Source: Eutreptiella sp. 'Long Island Sound 2002' (taxonomy: Eukaryota > Protista > Euglenida). Taken from it: 64,000 nt of DNA. Shown here piece after piece: positions 13,137 to 27,280 of the stretch. Location: contig OZ038378.1 in the NCBI GenBank assembly GCA_964036045.1, forward strand, positions 141,608,001 to 141,672,000. Reading direction: 5' to 3'. How positions within the stretch are numbered: the stretch's first letter is position 1; every line of letters starts with the position of its first letter. The notes below the pieces were generated by a model. It worked only from the letters and a program-made list of their open reading frames with translations. It was not told the origin of the DNA and did no database searches. A program made the translations under genes and the position numbers.

Positions 13137-13589
13137 GTGTGTCAGGTCCCCGCCCTGCCTTTGTGACAGGGGCCCTCGCAGTCTTAAACCGTGCGCTGAG
13201 GCGCGGAGGGGGATGACTTGGCCCAAAGGGGGACCTACACTCGGCAATACAGCTCCACAACCTCCGCCCCGACGGAGTGCAGCCCTCGGACAGCCCCCCT
13301 CAAACAGGGGGCCACAACGGTCAAGATGGGGGGTCTCAGGGCTGCACGGTGCGCACACTGGGCTCATGCTCAGAGCTGCACTTAACAAGTCAGCATCCCC
13401 CCCTCCCCCCCAAGTGATTGGGCCAAATGTTCCCCTACACCTTCGGCACAATTTCGCATGGTGTAGTTTGTGCGGCTGATTGTGTCTAAGGGGGGGTGGG
13501 GTGACTTCACAGGTCCTCGGATGCAGACCCCCTCCTCAGCGGGCCTTTGGCCGTTAGTTGCCAAAGGTACCATCTTTGAGCACCTTTGG

Positions 13590-14500
13590 ACCCACAGGTG
13601 ACCTCCGTAACCCTACCCTAGCACATGCGCCGTGGGCATTCCACCACTATGTGCTGCCAATAGGGCCTCGAAGGGCGTTGCCAGCGTGAAAATAGGTTGC
13701 AAGTGATCCCTACATCATTATTTCTCACCACAAAGGTGCCCAACTCAATCCATTGCAGCCAAACACACCAGGGGAAGGTGGAATTTGAAGAAGTAGGCAA
13801 AACGGGTGCTTTTCAAGGCTGATTTTGCAGTATTTTCGGCCCAGAAAAAGGTTGCCGAGGCCACTATTTGGGTGTAAAACGCACTAGACAGTGGTCAAAT
13901 TTGTGTGTTCATCATTCAAGTTGGTTCCAATGTAAATAGCCCCCTCCATTGGCATGTTAGCCACCCTAACTGCCCATAGTCCTGCATCCCCCCTGGAGAC
14001 CCCTTTTGCAGCAGTGCGAGGCCCTGAATTGCCCATTTCAAGGGCTTTTGGGAAGTTGCATGGGCCAATGTGGGTCAAAAGTGGGTCAGAATAGCCAATA
14101 ACCAATTGTTTGAGCACCCAAAGTGGTCAAGGAACAACTTTGGAAAAAATCATTTTTGACCACTCTTAGACCCACCGGTGACGCCCGTTACCCTACCCTA
14201 GCACATGCGCCGTGCACACTGGTGGTGCCTATAGGGCATTGAAGCGAGTTGATAGCTTGGAAATGGCTTGCAAGGGATCCCCTTCATCATTATTTCTCAC
14301 CACAAGGGTGCCCAACGCAATCCATGGCTGTTCAACGCATCACAAGAAAATGAAAACCTGAAAAAGTATGCAAAAGGGGCTCTTTGAGGGCTGATTTTGC
14401 GGTATTTTGGGCCCAAACAGAGGACGTTGACCCCACTACTCGGGTGCAAAACCCATGAGACGCTGATCAAAATGTGTTTGTTCATCATCAAGGTTGGCCC
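13590..14500. repeat. Tandem duplication with 580-bp period
   Basis: CCCTACCCTAGCACATGCGCCGTG has CCCTACCCTA ending at 13620 and 14200. CATCATTATTTCTCACCACAA is repeated at similar spacing. Confidence 0.8.
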
Positions 14501-16481
14501 TCAACCCAAATGGCCGCGTCCATTGACATCCTAGGCCCCTAAACTGGCCAAAAGAGGGCATTTTTTTTGGCTATTTTTGACAGATTTTGAAATCTAGGTC
14601 CGCCATTTGCGACCGCGTCCCCATCCACCACCGTTGATTTTCTTGCTCAAAATTTGCGTGATTGTCCCTCACACCCATAGGTATCATCCACCAAAATGTC
14701 GATGAAATCCACGACAAAGTTGTGCTTTTTGCGCATTTCGTGCGTGCGTGCTTGCTTGCTGTTGTTTCTTGCTGCTGCTTGCCAAACCTGGTAGGTCTAC
14801 CCTAGACACTAAACAGGGTTGTAAAACCAAGACTGGTTCCACCAGCTGGGTGACTCTAGCCCTAACCCTACCCCTAGGCTCAGGTTAGAGTTAGAGGTTA
14901 GTTGGGGGGGGGGGAGGGGGCGTAAAGTCTGAGTCCAAACCCGAGGTGTCCCCGTCCTTTTCTTGTCTTTTTGCTGGGCTTCGTGTTGCCTCTACAGATT
15001 TTCGAAAACTTGGAACTCCCTCTTTGCGCGACATGCTGTGGCGGCTGGTGGTGTTTTGGGTGGCTGAGTGCATTTTTGGGCTGGCCCAAAAATTGCTACA
15101 AAATCTCAGGACCACTGGGGTGCCCCCCCCCCCCCCCGCCATGAGGGGTCAGTTGGGTGGTGTGCCCTCAGCCCCCCCCCCCCCTCCCCCCACCCCGTCC
15201 ACACGGGCAGTAGCACCGCATGCCGCAGAACTCGCCTGGGTAGGGCCCGTCCAGGCGCCCTGACTCCCGCCCCAGGGCCCGAGGCACTTCGCCAAAAGCT
15301 CAAGGCCTGGCTCAATGGCAGCACCCCCCTCTGCCCACCGTCACCCACGGAGTGCGGGTTCCGCCCAGTCCAGTGTCGTACCACAGCCATCCCCTTGCCC
15401 ACACGCGTCGTGGGGTAGTGTTGCAGCATGTCCCTGGGAGCAGGAGGTTGTGTGCCCAGGCCCACGTCTCCCCCGATGGGCTCAGCGCAAGGCCACCTGG
15501 CCTCCCCCACTGGGGCCTGGAGCACCAGGTACACACCCCCCCCCCCCCCTACCCAGAAAGCAGCAACCGGGTGTCTGTCTGCTGTTGGGTGTTGTGGTTG
15601 TTCTATGAAGCCACGGACATGGTATAAAGCAAACATTACCCGAGGAGAGGGGATGGCTAGACATTGCGAGGACACCCAAAGACCATGGCCCGCGTAGACC
15701 ATGAGAATGTGCAGTGCTCGAAAACATTGCAGCACATGTCCTTCAAGATGAGTTGTGCCTTCGCTGTTCTTGGGTTCTGCGTTGTTCATGTTGAATTTCC
15801 ACATGGCAAATATTTTCATCATTCTTTCCATTTTGTTCGGCTGTTTTGTTTTGTGTTTGCATGTGTCCCACGGCTTATCTCCAAACCACCACTGTAGTCT
15901 TGCATGCCCATCCTCCTGAATCCCCACAAGACGTGGATGCACTGGTAATACATTTGCACATTCTGAACAATTCGTATTTCCCCCACAACCTCATGTATTG
16001 GCCCTCCCCCCAACCTCAGATCCCCAAACAAACAAGAAAAAACAACTACGAGCAGGGTCTCTAGGCTCTTGGTGAGCCACCAAGGAAGTGGTTACCACAC
16101 CCCCAGGGCCACAATGTACCCAGATCCCGTACACCTCCCGGTACATCATAGACCACGGAAAAACAGGAAGGACACGGGAAAACGGGGGGAAATGGGGGGA
16201 AACGAGGGCGGACAGGGGAAACCAGGGGTCAAACAGGGGGGGGGGTGGGGGGGGGGAACGGGGGGAAACAGGTAATCACGGGGAAAAGAGGGGGGAAACA
16301 AGGGGCAAAATGAGAGAAAACCCGGGGCGGGGGAAAACAGGGGAAAAGCGGGGGGAAGCGGCGGGGGGGGGGGGGGGGGGGGACGGGGTGAAACTGAGGC
16401 CCGGTAGGTCTGGGTTTGCCGGGTACATCCCACCACTCCACCCCAATACGCGGCATGCCAGAAATTTACTGCCCTGCGTAG

Positions 16482-16721
16482 GTGGAAATACCCAAATGTC
16501 CGTGGGTGCCTAAGTGCTTGACCTGTTCCCATAGCAAGTGGTGGTTGCAGGGTATTGGAGAGATACCTGAAGGATGCTTGCGGTTGCTTGCAAACCAAGA
16601 GACCTTTGCAATCCTTTTTAGACTCTGGGTGGAATGTCACAGATTGGTACATCAAACAGGTACAGCACAAAGGGGGTTATTGGGGGGGTTCATGCAAGTA
16701 AAAGTGAGCAAAACATGGTGA
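16482..16721 (+). pseudogene. Possible hAT C-terminal dimerisation domain remnant
   Basis: KWWLQGIGEIPEGCLRLLANQETFA..CHRL resembles WW..E-x-P-x-L..RLLA..SA..ER. Confidence 0.3.
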
Positions 16722-16890
16722 TGGCTTTTGAATCACTACACGTGAGTGTTAAATTTCTGAGGAAGGTCGTATTTGTGTGCAGTATTTTTGCCTGTACAAC
16801 AGACCACAGCAGCAGTTGGGCGCGACCCCCCTCCTTTGCAGTGCAGCCCTTTGCGCCCCTCCTCCCCGGTCGCATGCGCTGACTTTCTAG

Positions 16891-16975
16891 TGTGGATGTC
16901 ACAGCCCCGGACCAGGCGGTGATGGAGCCAGCGTTTAAGCGACGCTGGCGCAAGACGCCGAAGAAGACGGTGGCC
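16891..16975 (+). CDS. Candidate internal exon of a host gene
   Basis: Branch-like GCTGAC plus TTTCTAG| acceptor, GC3-rich VDVTAPDQAVMEPAFKRRWRKTPKKTVA, donor |GTGAGC. Confidence 0.45.
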
Positions 16976-18947
16976 GTGAGCTGCGCAATGGTGACCGGCG
17001 GTGTGTCTGTGCGCTCCTGTGCCGGCTTGTGGGTGCTGGTCCCAAGAACGTGTGGTTGTGGCCTGTATGCGCCTCTGCGGTGCTGTCCCTGGCCCCGGGC
17101 TACTGCCCTTGGGGCACAAGCGAAGGGCCCGGGGAAGAGCAAGCAAACGCAACCAACAAACAAAGGCTTTGTCCTGTGATAATACAGAGGCGGGTAATTC
17201 GATGACCAATGATGAGACGACCGTGAAGACGACGGCGACGGCCACCAGCACCACCAAGACCACTTGCCGCCGCTTCTTGCACCCCCCGCAGACCCCAGAC
17301 CATACTTGGCGCTAACACCTGCCGAACTTCTTGCCGACACCTGCTGACACGCGCCGTCACTTGTGCTGACATCTGCTGGGCTTTGCAAGGTGTATGCAGG
17401 GGTCAGTGGGTTCTTGTGGCACTGCCCGGTAGTGGTTGCACGGTGTCACAGGCACTTTGCACAATGTTTTCAATCTTTCCAATCTTTTTGCCTGATGCCT
17501 GCCGACACCCGCCATAGTAGGTGTTGGCGCCGAGTATGTCCGGCGTCCGGCCAAAGGGTTTTGATCAAGAGCAGGATGGCTGTCAGCCCAGTGCAACTAC
17601 CAACGCCAACCGCACGCCAAATGGTTCTTCCTGACGAACACTGCACCACCACCACCGCCACCACCCCAGCAGCCGCAGTGTGCGTGACCAGGCCGCGCGA
17701 AGCACAGAGCTTGGGTGCCACGATCCCATGCCGCCAGAATCTTTGTAGGCTTGGCAAGTGAGAGGGAATGCAGTGGGGTCAGGGAGCCTTGTTCAAGCTA
17801 CAGCAGCCACCGAAGGGAACCAAAATTGGCCGAGTCGGCGCTCCAGGTTTGACCAAAATCGGGCGTCTCGGCGCCCCAAAAATGGCCAAAATGGGCGAAA
17901 ATCGGCCACCCCGGGGCCCAAAGTGGCCGACTCGGCGGCCCCAAAATTGACCGAAATTGGCCCCCCGGCCGCCCTCAATTTGACTGAAATCGACCGTTTT
18001 GGCGCCCACGTGTTGACCAAAATGGGCCGAGTGGGCGCACCCACAAAATGCAGTGGCCAAGGTGCTGGTCGATGCCCCCGATCCCCCCCCCCCCCCCCCC
18101 TCCCCCCACCACTTCCACCACCACCTCGAAGCCTGCGTGCCACATCTGACCGACCAAAAGGGCTAATGTGCCAGGGCCTTGCCATCACTGGCCGACTTCC
18201 GCTTTTTGCACAAGTGTGACTGGCACCAGGGGCTGCACTGACGAGTGACGGGAGGGGGGGCATGGGTAGGCGTGTGCGTAGTGAGGCAGGGAGGGAGGCT
18301 GAGGAGTAAAGAGCAGAAGGCTTCAGGCAGGGAAGACCGAAACGGTGGGGAGGATTGGTTGGGAGGGAGGGAGGTGCAGACAAACCTCGTGAGAGCTAGA
18401 GATGCTGACGGGGGGGGGGGGGGATGGGGGGCGAGAGAAAAGGAGAAACTGACTCGCTCTTTGTTGGCCCATGCACGACCCTCGTTCCGCTTGCAGGGAC
18501 GACCTTTTTCATTTTGGGGGTGTTCTGCTTATTCTTCTGCAACGAACGTGGCCGCGGCGTGGCATTCACCACAATTGGTATGTGCGTTATGTTTGGCTGT
18601 GATGTGTGCTCAGCAGTCAGCCTCCGGGACGGGAGGTGGGTGGGTGGGTATTTCAGGAATTGATAGTGGGTGAGTGCCTCAGTCCTGCACCCTTTTCCAA
18701 CGCAGGCCGGCCAAATTGCGTGCAGGTGGGTTCATGGCGGCATGCCAGGCTTGCGATGCTCGATATCTTCAAGCCTTCATCGTTTGTGCAATCTTCACAA
18801 AAGTTTGGCACCCCTGGAATTGTCCTGCTGAGAGGGGGGAGCGGAAGCTATGAACAGCAAGTCCAAACATTGTTGCAGTTCGAACAAAGCTGTAGAGACG
18901 TGATGTATGTTGGAGAATACTGTTGCTTATTCAAAATGATATGGGCG

Positions 18948-19935
<988 letters not shown>

Positions 19936-21765
19936 GCAACCCCACAGCCTCCAGAGCTGGTGGGTGCACACGTTGTCAGTTGTCAGCAACCTCAACTCCA
20001 TGTTTGGCAACCTTGTTCGGTGGGGAAGCCACTGCATCAGGAGTAGCAGGTTTGTCCCCAACCTTTTTTGTCTAGTTTCACCAAGGTTGACATTGTGGCT
20101 AGGGAATGATCACGCCCAACAGATGACGCCTGCCCTCCTCCCCAGGTAGAGCAGCTCTGTGTCGCCAGTAAACCTGGTAGCAGGGATTATTGTTATTGAT
20201 AGTAGTTGGTATTATTGATAGTATTGTTGTCATTGTTAGTCATGTCTAAAATGCCTTCTGAGCAGATGTCAGGCCAATTTGGCGTCAGAAGTAGCCCCTT
20301 ATTTGCCCGGCTGGTGTCATATTTCGAAGGGACCCAGACTGGCTCTTCTACCTGGGGTCTTGGTTTTTCTTGCATATATTGCCTTTTTACTGGGGTCGAG
20401 CTGGGCCTGTGTCTTTGTTTTTCGGTATTTGATGCCTGGGGGCGTCACTGAACTCCCATTGGATGTGTGCTGAGCACAACATTTGTGTTCTGTGTTTTAT
20501 GCTCGTAGCGTCCCAGGACTCGTCGAGCTCACACACACTGCATCCGTTGTTCAGGTACCCTCCTCCTACTGCCCGGCTGCTACAGTGGATTCATCCTCGT
20601 GCAGTATTTTCGCGGCATCCGTGGGTATTCTCCGAATCAGCTGCCTCAGTTTGACTGACCTCTGCCTGCCGAAGCTTCCCCCAGTGCCTCTCCGGACCAC
20701 GGCTGCGAATGCCACTCCACTCTGTTCCAACGCTGTCCTGTCGTCCATATTATGGGTTGATCCAGAAGGCACCAAATTCGACGTTGTCATCCACCGGCTC
20801 ACCTTGTCAGTCGATTATTTTTTGACCTTTGTGAAGAGTGGTTTTGCATTCGGTGACCCAAGGAACAATCTGCTTCATCAAGAGCCAGTTCAGTTTCAGT
20901 GTTGTCTGCTCCTTGCAATCTCAGCCCCGCCAGTCCACGCTGTTGGCCTTCAACCTGAAACTGCCCCGGCCCCTGCATTGGGGGGCAATTGATCTGAACA
21001 GCACCTTTGGAGTGGGACAGGGACAACGTTGTCGTATCTTTTTTTGTCATTTTCAAGGAAACTGTCGACACGCGATTTCGCGGTTGGCTGTCCACTGCCG
21101 GCGTTCGGCGGTCAACTAACAATCCCTTGTGGTCAATCGCATTTGGCGCACCAACTGTCAAGTTCTGTTTTATGGAGATGCCTGGGCCCCTGGTGCAGGC
21201 GGGGGGCTTGCCGGCGTGTGTGGCAGCGCCTGGGGAGGGCCGCCGGTGTGTGCAGACACTCATTGCTGCTCAGGGCCTTGAGAAGTCTGGAGAAGGAATT
21301 GAGCTGTTCCGGTCTGTGGGGGAAAGTGTGGGCCACAGCAGAATGTGGACGGTGCAGCGGGTGCTTTGGCTTTCAGAAAGCCTACTCTTTGATGTGGCTG
21401 TTGGAAAGCCTGTCGCCTGGAGAAGCGGCAAGGGCAGGGGCGCCGGCTTTTGTGAATGTTTGGCAATGTTATTTTCCCCCGGAGCTCGTGCTGAGCTCGT
21501 CCTGCACCGGTTTCGGGCCTGCTCCCATGCCACGTCCGCCGTGTGAGCAAATCCTCATCGGACCCACAGAGGCCCCAGGTGTTGTTCCAAGAACATAAAC
21601 AATTTGTTGGATGATTTGTCGTCTTTCTTGTGTAACTTTATCACTGCAGATTACTGACCATAAGGACCGGCAATCGGATATTGGGTGACTGGGGCTAGTG
21701 ATCTGCGGTCTCCTTTGGTAATATGCCACTGAACTTGTCGGAATTGGAGCATGGATGTGTTGTGC

Positions 21766-21809
<44 letters not shown>

Positions 21810-22599
21810 TGTGCCATAGGGAAATGGAGCATACACTGGGACCGGTTCATGAACTCGCTTCTCCTTCCCCTGGTCCGGTGGCAGTGTGGGCTTGAACAGG
21901 GATGTCCTCAGGGTTGCACTGGCACTCAGAAAGGCGCCTAGCCGCCCATGGTTTGTTCTTTCACTCCATGTTCTGTGGCCTGACGAGAATTTGAAGTGGT
22001 CCAATGCAGTGCCCTGTTGCATTCAGGGTGGTTGTGTTGGATCTTCGTGCATCGTGTTTGTGTGTGTGTGTGTGTAGCCACGGTACATCATGGTACGGTA
22101 CGGTACGGTACAATATCAGATTTCATCATGGTACGGTACGGTACGGTACAATATCAGATTTTCTGGTGCGGTGCAGTGTGGTACCCCACATGCATGGCTG
22201 GCCCGCCTTCAATGACCTCACCCATGCCGGAGGGCTTGGCGTCCCAATGTCTTCAGTCCAGTCAGTCGTCCCCACTCTGCCATGCCGCCCTCTGGCCCTC
22301 ACAGGCAGGCTCCATGTGCAACACCGAATGGCACCACCGCCATTTGGGACCCGCACTGGAGGCTCTAGATGGCCATCCCCCCCCCCCCCCCAATGTTGTG
22401 CATCTCCTAGCCCCCTGGCCTGCCCTCGGCACCACATCTCACACGGTAGGGCCTTAGGGTTGATGTGTATTGTTGATGGCCAGTCACACGTTAGTAGAGC
22501 TGCCCCCTCCCTCCTCGAACATGCTTCTCGGCTAGCTGCTGTGCAGCCTCGGCTGTCAACCTCTGCATGTCTAGGCTCCTCCTGTCAACGGGGGTGGCC

Positions 22600-23008
22600 C
22601 AGCCTAAGGAATGGTGCCCCTCGAGCGAGAGGCAGCAACATCATTTTGACATCCCACTAGAACACCGAAACCCCACTAGACCATTACAGATGCTCATTCT
22701 GTTGTGTAGGCAGTGGGTTGGACCCCGGGCATTGGGCATTTTGGCACATGCATCGCGCCACTGGGCAGTTCTTTGCAGTATTGTCATTGTTGTGGACCCA
22801 TTATTGCAGCTTGGTACATGTCTCCTTTGTGAGCCATGTCAGAGCGCAAAGGGGTTGGCCAATCGTGCATTGACTCCGACGGCACCCCCATTAAGGGATG
22901 CAAAGTAGGTGGGTCATGTTGCACAAGGCGCCCCGAGAATTGCACATTGACAGCCTAGTGACAGTACAATGGCCCACACTTGCCATCCATTTGGTGCTAT
23001 GGATCGCT

Positions 23009-23047
<39 letters not shown>

Positions 23048-23118
23048 TGCCATCCATCCATTTGGTGCCATGGATCTAGGCATTTGAGGCACATACCGCC
23101 GACACACACACACACACA

Positions 23119-23215
<97 letters not shown>

Positions 23216-24230
23216 TCAGGGTACCCAATAGAGGGGCATGGAGAGTGCATCTGGCCCTCCCTTGATGTGGTTTGTTTGTTTGCAGCGGTTCTGCTAACAT
23301 TTCTATTCTGTTCTGTTCTCCCTTTTCTCCTTGCGCATACTATGTGCATGTCGGCTCATACTGCCGCCTGGTATTGCACACTGTGCATTGCCGTGCAGTT
23401 GCCATGCAAGTTGAGGCACACCACCACCTCCACTTCCTTGTCCCGTGCTTGTAGTAAGTTTGGGTGTTCATACTATGGAGGGGAGTGTGCAGCAGCACTT
23501 GCTGCAATGCGCGCAGCATCGACGCTCTGAGGGGCCGATCATCCGTTGCAATGTCCGAATGCTTTTTGGGCATATTGAAGATAAATGGTGTTGGGAAAGC
23601 CGAAGGCCTCATTGTGGTCCAACAACTTTATTCCCAGAGCAATGTGGGGGTTGTTGTTGTTGTTTGCTCGAATTTTTCCCTTGACGGGGACTAGGCACCA
23701 CCCTATGTGTGGTCATGAGGATACCATGCGGCATGTAATGTCGGATTGGACACTTTTCCCTCACTATTGTGTTTGACCTTGACCGCCAGGTCGCGGCTTA
23801 GATGCCACCATAGATACAACTTGCCCCAGTCCACTACCCATGTCACCGGCCGGTGCAGCAACCACTGATCCGGCATTGCTTCGAAAGCATCGGAAGTGGG
23901 GGCTGAGGTGTAACGCGGCCTCCATGTCCACGCCACAGATTTGTGCATTTGCGCCTTTTGTTGCTTGTAGCTCATCCCATGTGAGCCCCCTTGTTCGGAC
24001 AATTTGACATTGTAAGAAGAGGGGCCCCATTCATTCTTGAAAGAGATAGAATGCCACGGTGGCAACTGTGCCGCACTCTGCACTCTTATTGGGGGAGCCT
24101 TTCGTTCAACTAGAGAATCTGCTCTTGCCGACCACGATAGAAACTTGAGTGCACTCATGCACACCATCCTAAATTGGATGTCCGGCAACGTTGCCAACGT
24201 TGGTGCAAACCCCACCTTCAAGCACCATGA
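22600..24230 (-). pseudogene. Ty3/Gypsy pol remnant (RNase H, integrase zinc finger and core)
   Basis: RNase H-like TLPDIQFRMVCMSALKFL..QLPPWHSISFK; integrase H2C2-like LHTPLHS..TYY..WRWW....ARQCTVCNTRR; core-like GVPSESMHD and QPTAY. Order RH then IN fits Gypsy. Interrupted by (CA)n tracts. Confidence 0.5.
23010..23211. repeat. Two (CA)n microsatellites
   Basis: CA runs at ~23010-23043 and ~23102-23211. Confidence 0.95.
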
Positions 24231-24594
24231 GTGAAAACCGCTTGTTACATGCCGGCCCCCTATTTGTTTGTGTGGGTAGAGGATATATGCCGGGAGAGCA
24301 ATATCAATCGCGGGTGGGAACAAGATAGGGTGATCCATTCACGGGGGGGCCGCTGGGACCGGACCCTTTACGCCGACCCCCCCCCCTCCCCCCCCCCCCT
24401 GCTAGGTTTTGGCCCGGAAGTGCCGGACCATGGGCGCCGAAGGCGCCCTAAGGAAATTTTGGAGGGTGAAAAAATGGGTTTTCACCCCATGTGTCTATAC
24501 TCAAAATACTCATTTTTTTTAGGAGAACCCAATAGTGGATGAAAACCAAATTGGACCAAATATGAATACCACCCCTGTGCAGATGTAAGTTAGA

Positions 24595-24670
24595 GATGGG
24601 CTATACCCTAATGGGTAAAGCAGTGCCTCTGCAACCGGAAGGTCCTAGGTTCAAACCCCAGTGGCGTCAG
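24595..24670 (+). pseudogene. Degenerate tRNA-Cys(GCA)-like sequence / SINE head
   Basis: A-box-like TACCCTAATGG, anticodon loop CTGCAAC (24629-24635), B-box GGTTCAAACCC (24648-24658). Stems are imperfect. Confidence 0.6.
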
Positions 24671-24744
24671 TCTGCAGGACCACAGGTAGGACCAGCGATA
24701 CCATGGGAAAATTTTTGTTTTTGTTTCTTTTGCTTTTTTTTCTT

Positions 24745-25000
24745 GGCTTTGACTTTGTCCCCCTTGTTGGGGATCCCCGAGAATGTAGGGGTGATGTAGC
24801 ATTTCCGCCCAGTTGTGGGCCTCCTAGAAGGCAGGGGTTAGGCATCCAATTCTGATTTTGTCCCCCTTTCTTTGGGGATCCCCGAGAATGCAGGGATGAT
24901 GTAGCATTTCCGCCCAATTGTGGGCCCCACCAATTCTGATTTTGTCCCCCATGCACCCCCCATGTATTTGGGGATCCCCGAGAATGCAGTGGTGATGTAG
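24745..25000. repeat. Tandem array of the module TTCTGATTTTGT..GGGGA(T/C)CCCCGAGAATGCAGGG..GTAGCATTTCCGCCC
   Basis: About 3 copies here. The same module occurs at 59460-59685 and in reverse at 41570-41640. Confidence 0.8.
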
Positions 25001-25280
25001 TGATGAGGCGGTCGTCTTATGCCATATTTGTCAGGGTATGAAGCCTGCCCCCCCCCCCCTTTCTTGGCAGCCCCCCTCCCCCCCCCCCTCCAACCCCCCC
25101 CCTTTCTTGGCAGCCCCCCTCCCCCCCCCCCACAGACCCAACCCCCCCCCCCTCTTGGCAGCCCCCCTTTCCCCCCCCCCCAAGACCCAGCTCCCCCCCT
25201 TTCTTGGCAGCCCCCCTCCCCCCCCCCCCGCAGACCCAGCCCCCCGCCCTGAAAGTGGTCCCAGAGTGCGAGGGAGTCGG

Positions 25281-26934
25281 CGTATGGCCCGTTGCTACGG
25301 CCCCCCCGTGGATCCATTATCCCCTACACTATTGGCTCCGGTGGTGTCATTTATGTTTTTTCCGTTCAAGCAATGGTGTCATGCAGTACCGGTGATGCTT
25401 TGTGCTGACAATTTGATGTTGTTTTTTGATGGGGATCCCTCACAAGCAGATATGAGAGACATTTTTTCGGTTTTGCGCAGTTCAGGGATTACTCAGCCAT
25501 GCGATTCCATTTCCCCAAAACGCTAGCGGTTGTCATAAGCATGTGATCAGCTCAATGGATGGAATCCTTGTTGCAAGTGGGGAATGCAAGTGAAATACCA
25601 TGTTCGTTCTTTGGGCTTTCGATTAGGCATTGTGGTGTTGAAGCAAAGTTTGGATCGGGGCCTCATGGAGCTCATAGTAGAGCAACCTTTTGTGCCAACA
25701 TTAATAGGGGGCGTTGTGTGTTAGGTGTCTTTCTTGACTAGGTTGTTGCTAACATTGGACAAGCGCAATTTTATACCGAGGGCGTGGATCTATCCCGTTC
25801 TCACGTGGGAATCTAAGGCATACTTTCCGACAGCGTCATTTGTTTCGCAAATGCGTCTGGTCCACAAGGTGTTGTTGGGTACGAATAGCTGGGGTATCAC
25901 AGCAAAGCAACTGTTGCAAGATGTGGATAAAGGAGGCCAAATTTTTACTGACCACGGGGGCATTCTTGTGGTATCATGAAGCCTTGTGTGTTTCCATTGG
26001 ATCCATCAGTCATCGGATTTCGGTAGTATCGATCTCCGGTTACAAGGGGAATCGCATAGGTGTTTGACACCTTCCCGACATGATGGTTGCGAGTTGGCAT
26101 CATGCGGTGTGAGAATGCCAAAGTTGTGGATCCGTGAGCATCACGAGTTTCAACGTTGAATGCGGGACTTTTTGGTGAATGGCAACTTTGCGAGCCTGTC
26201 TATAGATGGTGGTGCCAAGTGCACCGGAGGTGGCACGCATCTTCCAAGTCTTCTCACAGGAAGGGGAAAGTTGCAGTGCAGCATTGGCCAAAATTGTGAC
26301 CAAAAGAACTAAGTTTATTTCCAAGCTTCATGAGTTTTTTGTAGCTCAAAGACAACTGTCCGGGACCGCCAGGCACATTTCAACTATAATTGGTGGGGCG
26401 GTAGGCGTGGGTGTTTATGGCCCTCCACACGAGGAATGGCCAGAAGTCAAATTGGCAGGCATGGGAGGTAAAATGCAGCACTGGAAATGACAACACTGGT
26501 TGACTCAAAAGGGGCCACTGCCGACTGTGGACTCGTGGGTGCGGTTGGTGAAGCTCTTGGACACACAACGGGAGCCGGTGATGTTTGCCAAATTGGGACC
26601 CCGGGTGGAAGTGAGTGATAGTTTGCGCGCATGGGAGCTAGCCTTGGAGGCAACGTGTTCCCACCCCTTGCAAGCAACGCGGAGGGGGGGGGTCCAGCGC
26701 CAGCAGATATGCATTTTGGGAAGCCAAGCCACTAACCTAGAGGCGAGGCCGTATAGCTCCGGGTCTCATGAGGATGACAGAGTAGTGGTAGAAGGAATAT
26801 GGGAACAGTTGGGATTGAAAGAATCGCATGAGGCGGAGGAGAAGAGTGCCAGTGCTAGTGGGGACAGTGGGGAATCAACGGATCATGAAATGTACAGATT
26901 GGTCATAGAAGGGTATGAATTCGAGGGAAGGTAG
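25281..26934 (+). pseudogene. Non-LTR (L1/Tx1-like) RT plus downstream region and RNase H-like tail, decayed
   Basis: GPPVDPLSPTLLA (QGDPLSP motif) and LCADNLMLF (YADD motif), then WIYPVLTW..HKVLLGTNSWGIT..DKGG, then DSWVRLV..WELALEATCSHP and an acidic tail IWEQLGL. Confidence 0.72.
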
Positions 26935-27280
26935 GGTGTTGAGAATTTTTAAGTTGAGTGTAGGCAACTAACTAGCACTATGGAGAGAGATGACCTGACC
27001 CACGCTGCCGAAGAGGTGTTCAATAAGTGCAATTCAATGGTCAACTCAAGGCAATATTGGGCACAATTTGGTTGCGCCCTAAGGCAAACAAACACTGAGT
27101 ATGTTTAACATGAGGTCTACATCATGTTGGTTTATTTCAAAGTTAATGTCATGCCTGTCCTAGGGGAACACACAGCCCCAAGCGAACACCCCATAGGAAC
27201 CGCAACTCACAGTCCCAAGGGAACTCCCGTCCTAGCTCGAGCCCACGAGAGGAAACAGCTGCAAAAGCAACTTCTCTCCA

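Noticed and set aside
15819-16031. Transib/Chapaev-like H..W..G..S-x-x-GLE motif
   Set aside because: Too short and degenerate to support a call.
20480-21720. Several 150-190-aa ORFs suggesting a decayed coding element
   Set aside because: No recognisable motif in any frame.
24485-24520. GTGTCTAT..TTTTTTTT resembling a euglenid spliced-leader exon
   Set aside because: Only a partial match, no following GT donor or Sm site, and embedded in a MITE-like repeat.
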